DNA from: Oculina patagonica
Lineage: Eukaryota
Length of the DNA stretch: 64,000 nucleotides
Assembly: GCF_052425735.1 (NCBI RefSeq)
Contig: NC_135768.1
Span: 16,120,001 to 16,184,000, forward strand
Direction: 5' to 3'
Both the position numbers and the translations under genes were made by a program. Positions within the stretch are counted from its first letter, which is position 1. Each line of letters begins with the position of its first letter. This document shows positions 48,417 to 60,400 of this stretch, one piece after another. The notes under the pieces are model-generated. The model ran no database searches. It saw only the letters and a list, made by a program, of their open reading frames with translations, and was not told the origin of the DNA.

Positions 48417-51400
48417 ATCAATCTTTTGAGCGCTAGGCGACGCATAGGGCCTCCAAAATATTCCGCCACTTGGTCCGGTCATGTACCGCATTTCGGGCCC
48501 CACCCAATGTTAGATGAACTGACGCCAGCTCTTTTTGTCTTCCAAGCGTCGTACTTCCCATCATTTATTGGATAGAAGTTTATACGACAATAAGAAAGTT
48601 AGTTTACCACTTTTAAAAAATAACTTTATAGGGAAAACACAAAAACGACCTACCCTTGCTCATGAGCGCATTCCTCCTAACTCCGAGATTGTATTCTGGT
48701 GAGCCATGAATCGCTCCTATCTGAAAAATTATAAGTTACAGGAAGGTGAAAATATAAGAAAATGCTGCTGGCTTTTGCGAGAATAAGAATTTTGAAGTGG
48801 ACAGGTTGAACCTTGGTAGAAAAAGTTTCAAGTTTCAGAATTGGCGTAGTATAAAAACCACTTTAATTTTAAAATAATTTCACTTATCAGGTCACATGTA
48901 CCTTCGATCCATATATGGTGGTTTCACTGTCTGAAGTAATAGTCGTTAATGCGGTCGTCAAAGCTCCCATGGTCACTGAGATGATGACCAGTCCTGTTAG
49001 TACCCAGCCTACAGCAAAAATGCGACCAAGGTGGCTCATGGGAGTGCGATCACCATAGCTAGAAGAAGAAGGAGTTTGGTCATTTGATGGTCAAAAATGG
49101 CGGAAAGATCATAGCCCCCGTCTCTATTCATTTTTGACCGTCTGTTGTCACGTGATTAAACAATTTGCATTCACGCAACAACGTGAGCTCACTTTAATCG
49201 CTGATGAAGACTGTGCGAGACAGTCGAAAGCTAAGAACCTTTGTCAGTAACTTAGGAAATTTCCTTGATATTAGAAAAAAGAACGCTTTTTTGGGTTGAA
49301 TAGGGGACGAATTAAACTAAGTCGGCCTTTTCATAAAAGTTTCCTATAACCTAAGGCAGTAGAACGCAAAAGTTAACGGGCCAAAACAATGCACCTAACA
49401 CCCAAAAAGTCAATATAATTACACTTGTTGGCAAGTTACTATACATGTATTAGGTATTGGGTATAAGATATCTTTTTGAAGAGCTTACCCGACAGTCGTC
49501 ATGGAAACAAAAGACCACCAAACTCCTTCCCATGTTCCGTGGATAAATGACGTCGGGAAGTGTTGGCTGTTCGAGTTTGCGTCCTGAAAGCAAAAAACAC
49601 AGAGAGAGAGTGTATTGTTACTAAAAATATATATAAAAGACATTCTTCAATTTTTAAGCACAGCGCAAAAAACCTGCTGAAAAGATCAAAGAAGAAAATA
49701 GAAAAAAACTAAAAACGAAGGAAAGCAATTATTTTGGTTCGTCTCTTTTTCATCTTCTTCACATCAGTAGTTCTTTCTCTTTTCTGTATTAATGTACAAT
49801 CAAAACATTTGTACGAGCACGGCCAAAGTTGTCGCGCCGTTGAAACAACACCATGCAAGCACTTCCCACAACGCAACCTTAGATATCTAAACAACCGTAG
49901 CCAAAAAAGGTGGAACGCTTACCCAAAAACGACACAATTACAGATACTTTACTCGAAAACTTTAACACGATAACATACAGATGTGTTTTTAGAGGTCCCC
50001 TTCCGCGTCTCAATGTTGAACCCCTTCAGGGTAAGAATCGTTTGTGAAATAAGTTTGGTAGATCAACATTGAGACGTTCAGGGGCGAGGAAAGGAAGAAA
50101 ATAAGTAACTGTGTCAACACTTTTGATGAGGATTGTAGCTCCTTTAAAACTAAAATTTTACCTTGTAGTTAAGAGCCCAGAGACCATGACATAACTCTTG
50201 TAAAATTTGTTTGTTCACAACCAAAGAAGGAAAAAAACTTACCAGAATCCACACTGTTACACCCGCTATGTAAGCCATCACCAAAGGTATCACTATAACA
50301 GGCCAGCACGCCAGGAGGGCATCAAACATGGCGTCCTTTACACCGGAAGTGTCCGAGTACACTATGAACGCGACGCCGGCGGATTCCACAAATGGCGCGT
50401 AACCCAGTCCTCCCTTGTAACTATCCTGCAACTTGTACCCGATGACTGGGAACGAGAAATCCGTCTGACCATTTATATTTTGTAAAAGGTCCTCGGATCG
50501 GTTTTGTTGCGCCGTGCCGTTATTTCCATTCCGCGTGAAGTCTAATGTGGATTGTCCGTGATCGAGACAGTCTCCACAGCAATGGTCAATTACCCCGGTC
50601 AATAATTTAGGTATGATTATACCAGGGGTGCGCAAGGAAGTCAGATTGACGTAGGGAGGGTAATTTATCCAGTTGGTTGTTAAGTTGGGACGGCAACGGC
50701 AAGTTTCTGTGAACAGAAAATAAATGTTTTTTAAGGAAAGTTATTCCCAAAACCGGCCCAGTTACAGGGGTTTTCTGTTATTTCAATAACCGTGCAAGGC
50801 CTAGGACGGTGTGGCGGGCATGTGCTTTTGGTGACGTCAACGCTCGCGATAGAGTCCAGACTTCTTTGAACCAAGAAGACTATATTGAACAGGAAGAAAA
50901 TGCAATTGCCGGAAAAATAGGGAATATTTAAATGCAAGGCTTTAGGTTTGCAGACCAATTTGTTCTGCACTATTGAGTGCGGGAGATCGCTGCCCTAAAG
51001 ACTTTTGTGTTTTATTGTTTCCTACTTTGGTGTAGTAATCCTCTCTACCAACTGGTCTACTACCATCAGTAACTTTAACCTGCGAGAGATCTCAGTGCAA
51101 GCACCTAAGAAACGACAGATCATGAACAGGAAATGAACATGGATTGGCCATACGATTAGAAGACCAACTGACTGCATTGCCCTGCAACCCTTCTGTTTCA
51201 ATCCGCAGTGTAATAGACAGATAGGGAAGACCGCGTAACAGCTGGAGGAGGGATACAGAACGCACTATTCAGTCTAATTTTAGCTATAGCAAAATTCAAG
51301 TTTAAATAAAGTTTAAGTATGTATATGTATGTATGTCAAAGGGCTACTCCTGGAAACAGATGGAACGCCTGGCCAGGGACAGAGGGGAGTGGAGGAGCTT

Positions 51401-54400
51401 TGTTAGTAGCCTATGCTTCGAAATGGAGTAGACAGGCTTCAGATCGGATGAGACCAGACCTTGAGGTAGTCTGGTGCATTGTGTAATCGACCTTAAAGTG
51501 ACCACTCTCCGAAACTTCCCTTCCATGACTGGTGGTATATCAAGAGAATGGCCCCTTTTTGGTTGATATAGTTTAATCCCATGTCCTTCCTATCGATAAA
51601 GAAATAAATCATTTCATACTTACTTAAAGGAGTTTATAACGTCCTATTATTTCATTACCGTGCTATACTAGGATTAATCTCAGCAGAAGTCCAAAAAGAA
51701 AGTTTTGACTGCCAAAAATTGCTATTTTACAATAACTTTAAGAATTTACAAGATTAATCTACATTCACTATTTGTAACTGACCTCCAAAGGTAACGCCCT
51801 GCGGCCCAGGCCCTTTGTTTGAGATGGCAGCGACGGTTATCCTGTAGATCACAAGCGGTTCAAGATTTTGCAATGTCATAAAAGTAGCTGCATGTCCAAC
51901 ATCTTGGCTAATCACGGGCTCAAATTCCACCGGCAAGTCACCAATGGCAACAGCTTGGTGCGTCACTCGATACCCCACGAGGCGACCGTGTGTAAATTCT
52001 TGAGGAATTGGGTCCCAGAAAATGGGTATGCTTGTCAAACTTGTCCGGTTATAAGATCTGACGTTTGATGGCGGTTTACTGGGTACTAGGAAAAGAAAAG
52101 AAAAAGAAACATGCGTTTTTGGTTCGTAAATGATGTCTCACTCACTTAACCCGCATAGTCTGCATCGTTCACCATTCTACTTCAAACATTTGACAATTTT
52201 AAACGAAGCACTTACTGTGTTTTTCCTGAAAACTGCTATAAATAAGGATTTTTTTCCAACAATTTGCCGGTAGTCATTTTTACTCCTGGGTGGAGAGAAG
52301 CACTGTGAGAGTAAAGTGTCTTTCACATGACCCCGGCCAGCGCTGGAACACAGAACTCTCGATTAAAAGTCTCAATTAAAAGTCCAGTGCACTGAGGTCC
52401 CACGTTTCCTTATTGAATGAGGTTTATTTAATTGAAGGTTACTTTAAAATTTACACAGCCTGGTAGAGCTCCCACTAATTTTGAAGTCTGAAATATGGTA
52501 AGCTTTTGAAGTAAGCCAGAAGGGAGAAGAAGACCGGGTCGACCAAAAACAACATGGAGGAGGATGGTTGAAGATGAAAGGCATACAGCTGGGTGGCAGG
52601 CATGGGCGAATGTCAGAGCCCTAGCAGCAAATCGTAGTGGGTAAAAAGAGAAGGTCAAAGCCTTATGTGTCTTATGGGATTGAGAGATATAGGTATATGT
52701 ACAGGTATATAACAACACTGTATTATATGCTTGCTCCAAATTTACTATGCAAATATAATTACAATCAAACTTTACGTAACTTACCATCTTCACCCGTCCA
52801 TGTGGTATATGAAGCAGAAATCCCTTCTCCAGCGTTGTTGAATGCCCACACTTCAACCGTGTACTCTGTTGCTTTCCGTAAATGCGTCAAAACCACAGAG
52901 AAATCTCTCTGTGTTATTACTGGGCTGGTACCATTGCTCGCGCCCCAATACCGGTAACGGTAGCCCCTGATGATACCGTTACGGTGCTCCGGGGGGACGT
53001 CCACCCAGTAGACCAGCAGGCTTTGCGAATCAAGTGCAGCAACACCGAAACGGGAGGGAGGGGCTGACGGGGCTGTAATTTGAATTCAAGAAGCGACTTT
53101 GCTCAGCAAAAGCGGTAGCAAACAATTAAACAGACAAACAAACACACAGACAGACACACACATAGACGGACAGGCAGATGGACGGTCAGACCGACGGTCA
53201 GACAGACAGGCACAGACGGGCCGACAGACAGATATACAGACAGACAGGCAGACAGACAGATAGAGAGACAGAATTAACAGACACAGCAGAAACAGACATA
53301 ACAGACAGAAAGAACAAAAACAAACGTAGACTGTCAAGAAATGAGTTGATAGGGGCGAGGTGCATGATGACGGTCCCCCGACCTCCGCCCCAGCAGATGT
53401 TTTGTTTTCGACCTTTCTTTATTAATTAAATAAGTTAGTGTTCGATTTGCAATTTTTGTTTATTTGATTACAGCGTCCACATTTAGCACAGCAGTGATAA
53501 ATACATTGACAAGTAAAGTGGTTAACTGATTTTTCATCTTTCTAAGACGTCAACAACAACAGTCCTTAAAAACGCATTATACAAACTTCTTCACCTTAAC
53601 TGTTTGATTTCAGAGCTGTGAAGACCACTTACTCACACATCAAAAAAAAAAAAAAAAAAAAATCAAAAATACTCCAGCATTTTCTGTATTGTAGTGTGTA
53701 ACCTTTGTTTTTATTTTAACCCTCGCCCCCGCCTCGATTAGTTGTCTTTACTAGTAGCGGAAGCGAACAGTCTTGTAACCATTCATGAAAAAACAAAGTT
53801 CAATAAAATTTAAAGTTCATGTTCAAGTTGTAATGAAGATAGCAGACGAAAAACTGAACTACGGTATCTATTGTTATTATTTTACTTAATAATACTCTCC
53901 TCTTACCTGCCTCCCATGTTTGCGCATATACAGGGGTGGTGTAGTTGCCGTCTTCTGTACTAAAAGCTGCAATTTGCACACCATACAAAGTGAACGGCCT
54001 GAGGCCAGTAATAGTCGCTTCAATGTCGTTCCTGCCCGCTGTAATATCCATTAGGTGATGCGTATTAGAAACAGGAAAGTACAAAACTCGATATCCGTGA
54101 AGACTCCGTGCATCCACCACGGAAATTGGGCTCCAGGTCACGTGTATTGTAGACGACCCTGTGGCAGAAGCTGTAGCGTTCATGGGGGTTTGTTCAGGAG
54201 CTGGGGAGAGTAAAAATAGAAAACCATTGTCAAGATTGAACTTCAAAAGATGTCACGATTACGATTGACACTTTTACTCGTACATATAGCTGATTTGCGC
54301 AACTCAACTTTTGACTTTTGTTTTATGTACCGCAAAAGTTGACAGGGGGCGGGGTGGGGGAGTACTCATTGGAGGATTGGAGGTGACAATAAAAAGTAAT

Positions 54401-57400
54401 TTTGTGCTTTAAAGGGTACTAAGTTACGTCGTTTCCTTGTTTATGGATTGCCATGATCTACCATCTAGGATAGGGGAAGGGCTTAATAAAATAAGGAATA
54501 AGGAACTTCTTAAAAATGAGCTTACAGAGGGAGTCTGATTAAAAAGAAGGGAGGGGTGGGGGGTTAGAGCGTGCTATTATGGTAAATTTGCAACCAAATC
54601 TTCTGGGATTATTATTGCAGGCGAGAGAAAGAGCTACTGTGAGAGTAAAGTTTTCTTGCCCGAGAATATAACACAATGGTATAATAAACCCGTCCGAACG
54701 CTTGATATCGATGGAAACCAATGCGCTAACAATTAGAACACCGCGCCACCTAATGACTATTTCGCAAATTATTGTAACATTCACGGCGCTCCGCGTCTTA
54801 CCTGGAGCACCAGTAGAAACCTTAACAAATGCACTCCACGGACCAAATCCCTTCCGAGTAAAGGCTCGCGCTTGTAGACTGTAGTTAGAATAAACGTTCA
54901 ATGCCCCGAAAGACGCAGAAAGGCTGGAGCTCTGTGCGGTTGTAACGTTTAAAGGGATTCCATGATCATCGGCAATTGTTACTTGATATCCCCGGATGAT
55001 GCCTTTGCGAAGTTCTTTTGTCACCGGAAGCCAAGATAGTGTAACGCTAGTGGTGCTGGTAGCACTTCCGGTCAAGTTGTTTGGAGGACCCTCGGGAACT
55101 GGAGAAGAGAAAGAAACAAGTTGNNNNNNNNNNNNNNNNNNNNNNNNNNNNNNNNNNNNNNNNNNNNNNNNNNNNNNNNNNNNNNNNNNNNNNNNNNNNN
55201 NNNNNNNNNNNNNNNNNNNNNNNNNNNNNNNNNNNNNNNNNNNNNNNNNNNNNNNNNNNNNNNNNNNNNNNNNNNNNNNNNNNNNNNNNNNNNNNNNNNN
55301 NNNTCAGTCCGTCCGTACGTCATTCAGTCAGTCAACCTGTTAAACCGTCCTGCATAAGTCCATTCATCCGTCAGTCAGTCAGTCAGTCAGTCAGTCAGTC
55401 AGTCAGTCAGTAAGGTGAATTACCATAACATGCAGTGCGCCTGACTTCAAATATGATCTCTTACTACAACTACGATAAGAGTTACATAACCTCTGACCCT
55501 ACTTGCAAGAGCTCTCACCTCCTTCATCTGTCCAACTCTGTGTTTCACTAAAGTTTCCAGTCCCCACTCGTGTATACCCCGCTACAGACACGTTGTACAG
55601 TGTGTAAGTCTCAAGATTTGTTATGTTTCTGCTCGTGCTCAAGTCGTGTTCTAGTTCTCTGAAGTTTGATGCGTTGGTATCTTCAGCTTTGATAATGCGC
55701 AATACATAACCTAATAGTATCCCAGGTACACTTGAGGACGTTATCTGCTGCCACGTGACCAGGATGCTGGAGGAACTAGAATTGGTTGCGCTTACTTGCA
55801 GAGGAGGAGCTCTGGGGACTAGAAAAATATGGCAATAATTGAAACGGCAATCAAAAACTGATAAGTTTGTCACTGCCGCAGATTTTTTACTATATGCGTA
55901 ACAGTTTGCGCAATAGTTATCTGTCATGCTTATCAGATAGTCTAAATAAGACAATTTCTTTGTTATGTTAGTCCGGATTTTCCAATGCCACAATTGGTGC
56001 TTCGTTTTTGTTAGTAATAAAACGGTCAGACCGGTACAATTTTTTGGGCCCGAATATCATGCATTCTCTTGAACCCGGGGTCTCCGGATTACAAGTTAAG
56101 GGCCCTAACCACAAAGCATCCGCCTTCTAAATAAAACATGTGTTAAGAAACCGCTGGTAATATTAGAACAATCATTTTAAGATCTTTGTTTAATTAGACT
56201 AAGAGCTGGCGTAAGCTCTGCATAGATTCGGGTAGTGTCTCTGATTGGCTGTCTCTCAGTTTTGAATTTTCGCGCGTAAGTAACAACCAACCAGAGACAC
56301 TACACGGATAACTGTAGACCTACGTCATCGGTACGAAATTTTCCGGTGAAATTTCAGACGTCTTTCGAGCGGGGAAAACATTTAAGACGAATTCCACTGA
56401 AAGTTCGAGCAAAAAGTGCAAAAAAATAATTGCCAAAAATCAACTTATAGCACAGTAACATTTTTATACCATTTGAAACATCTCACTGTAATTTATTTCT
56501 CCAGTTGATCCCGCTAACAATTTGTTAAGTATTCTCGAGAAAGTTAATGTCAAATCTCGTAAGAAAATCGTAAAACGCGTGCTGTTCTGTTTTAAACTGA
56601 CGTGAAACGTCCATTTTAACTAAAATTTGGATAACTTCAAATTCGTTTTTTTCTTGCGGGGTCAGCTTGAGAGCTAAAATTTTGATAAGCTCTTCTGAAC
56701 TGTATTAAAACTGTGACCATGCTATGAGGTCTTTTTGATAACTTGAAATTTGCCTTTTTTGCTCGAATGTTCAGCGGAAACTGTCTCAACTCGTAAAGAG
56801 GGCCGTTTGATTACTGAGGTTATTAATGTTTGTAGTGCAAGAACACTTTACGCGTCATCAAGAAATGTTTATTTTCTTTACTTTATGCTTTCTGAGTGAA
56901 TCTTACCTCCTTCGTCAGTATAAACATAAATAACGGGACTCTTGGGCCCAGCCGCGACTGTAAAAAAGAACGCTTCTATGGAGTAATTTGCGTATTCATC
57001 CAGCCTTGTCAATGTTTTCTTGATAACATTATTGTTCGAGACTGCTCTTCGTCTTCTGTTGTGCTGTATAGTAAAGGTGTGAGTATAAACAGTAGAATTA
57101 ACCACATCAACTCTGAACACCCTGAAGATGTATTTGCGGATAATCCCGTTAAGCTGTTCTGGCGAGTAGGCCTGGAACTCAACTGTAATTGATGTGGAGC
57201 TTGCGTTGTACCCGGTCAAGTTTGCAGGCGGTAGGTCTGGAGCTGAGTATTAAAGAACGCAAATATATAAACGTTTTGTTTTTGGATCTAATAATATTTA
57301 TGTTATTTCACTCGAGTCAAATAACGAACGTCCATAGAGCAGACATGGACTATTAGCGACTTTTCATGTCCACTTCGTCATATTTCTCACCGAAAAAATA

Positions 57401-60400
57401 ATTTGGTCAACATACTACCATTTGCGTTCATCCATGAAGCGTGAACAATTTAACGCGTAGTTTTACTCTTAAAACCCCAACGGTTTTGTCTGTTACGTGT
57501 CACTTTTGACCAATGAAACGTTTGCGGTCAGGTCGCGAAATTGACAACGGTTTGGCGAAATACAATCATGTTTTCTTCACGAGCTATCAATAAATTTTTC
57601 AAGATTTGCCCGCTTACTTCGATGAAAGTCTGCTCAGAAAATATTTAAATAGAGGATAATACATGGTTGCGCGGAGATATGAAATTTATCTTCGAGTGTT
57701 CAAATCGATAGCTCACGAGTGAGCGCAGCGAACGAGTGAGATATCGGATTTGAACACGAGAAGATAAATTTCATATCTCCAAGCAACCATGTATTATTCT
57801 GTTTATTATATAAACCTACTAATTACGATGTTTTTGACGATTTTCCGAAGGTTTCCGACCATTTTCCGAAGATTTCCGAAAATTTTCAAAATGTTGTCCG
57901 AAGGTTGTACGAATGATTCCGAAAATTTCCGAAAATTTCCGAAGTTTTCCGAAGATTTCCGAAGATTGCCGAGGAAGATCCGAAGATGTTTCGACTTAAT
58001 ATCGATTTACTTTGGCTCATTGAGCATTGCAACATGGCAAACTCTGCGAGATGATTGGTCAAAAATGATATCACACATGTGTGGATATCATTTTTATCCA
58101 CACATGTGTGATACCATTTTTCTCGATTTGCTACCACTCGCTAAAACACTGCAGTTTATATAATAAATAACAATGGAGAGGAGAGAATTCGAAGTTGACA
58201 AGTTTGGAAAGAATTATCGTCCAGGAGTCGTTTTAGAACAAGATTTTCAATGCTTGATTCATTTCTCGGAAGTGTCACGTTTTCAGATAAAACCGTTAAC
58301 GTTTTAAAAGTAAAACTACGCGCTGAATTGTTCACGCTTCATGGATGAACGCAAATGGTAGTAGTTTGACTGGGTATTTTCTATAACCATTAATTAAAAC
58401 AAGGAGCCCAAAAGTATGACCACTTTTAGTTTATTCCTCGGCTCCTGATTAGATAATGACTACACGAAAGAATGTGAAATGGTCACACTTATGGGCTCCT
58501 TGCTGTAAGATAAAAATCGAAATTCTTGTCTTTAATTTTCCCAAGTTCTAATGCCATGTTCTTGAAGCGTCTGTAGTTGTCGTTGTTTTACCTTTATAAC
58601 GAAAATCCTAGCAATAACTAGAAACAAGAATTTAAGGACTAAATAGAGAAGAATCGTGATGATTTTGAGAAGAAAGGAAAGCTACCAAGTCTGCAAATAA
58701 TTACGCACCATCCCCTTCTCGCTCAAAAATGTAAAGATCCATCTTTAACCCTCAATTTTTAACCCTTTATCAATTATAGAGGAGAGAGAAGAGCTTATGA
58801 GAATTAATGAAATGATCACCAAAGAGAAATTGTCTTGACCTTTTAACAAATTTTTCCAACAATGCTATAAGAAATGTATGGAGATCAGCCAGGAGAAATT
58901 GTATGTGGATATTGGGGCTTAAAGTGTTAACACTCACCATCTTCATCAGTGCGACACGTGATTACATTCGTGAAATTTGATTGGCCCTTGCTGTTGGCGG
59001 CGGCTCCTTTGATGCTGTACTCTTGGTATTTTGACAAGTTTCTAACTTCGCCATTCAGACTTGCTCCATCGAATGTTACCGTAATAAGATCGCCTGTTAA
59101 TACGTCAGTAAAGTTGAATATATACATGGTGATTATTCCGAGACGCAACGGTTCGGGGACTGGACTCCAAGTGATGTTTATACTTGTGGAACTTGTGGCG
59201 TTAGCTGAGATGATCACAGGCCCACCAAGTGGAGCTACAACATAACAATGAAAATGGTTATTGGTATCTAGCCTTAAGCCGTGGCTAACGAGCGAACGAG
59301 GAAACGAAGCAATGAGCGATGGAAGGAGTAAATGAGCGAACGAACCAAAGAACGAAAAAAGAACGAGCGAACGAGCGAATGATAGAACGAGCGAAGGAAC
59401 GAGCAAAAGAGCTAAGGAGCGAGCGAGTAAACGAACGAACGAGCAAACGAGCGAATGAATTGAACGAGTGAGCTAATGAGCGAGCGAACGAACGAACAAA
59501 CAAAAGAATGAGCGAACTAACGAGTGAGCGAACGAAGAAATGAGCAAACGCGCGAACGAGTAAATGAGCGAACTAGTAAACGAATGAAAAATCGAGTGAA
59601 TTATGAAAAAAAAGAAAAACGGCGAATCTACAATAGCTACTTTTTGGCCACAGTAGGCGTTGGTACCCGAGTTGGTAAAACAGCGTTTAGTTCAGGACCT
59701 CGTAGGCGTAGTATTAAAGTAGATTATACTGAATATCTACTCGAATCTACTTGCATTGTTGATTATTGCTACAAAAAAAAAAGGCCATCCCCTTTTATTT
59801 TCTTTTATCGTCGTATGTGTTTTCTGATTTTGGGTCGGTCGGTCGGAATAAATAAACAAACAAACAAACAAACAGAAAAGTGGATAAGGAGTCTGGAACT
59901 AGGAGGCCCGGTACCTCAGCATAATATCCGTGGAGCCTGGAAACAAGAAGACATGGTTACAAAGTCAACATGGCGGCAATGGAGGTAAAAAAAATCGACG
60001 TCGTGGTTAAACTCAAACGAGAACAGCGTAAAAGGGATGAATTTGTCATTGCCTTCATTACCTTCTGCATAACATTTTTTTTAAACGCGAAAATCTGGGT
60101 CGGTCGGACGACGCTAAACAGAGAAAAAAAGGAATGGCCAAATTAAAAAAAAAAGAAAATAAAAAAGGCATAAATTAATAATAAACCAAACAAATCCAGC
60201 AACTTTCCACTCACTGTCTTCATCTGTGAAACATGTTACGGCCTCGCTGAAATTTCCAGGTCCTTGCTCGTTGAAGGCAGACACCATAATTTCGTATTCG
60301 GTGAATTTTTCCAGGTGTTTTAAGGTTACATTTAAAGTTTTGTTACAGGTAATCGTGGTGTCCCACTGCCGAGATGCATTTTGATGAGGTCTGAACAACA

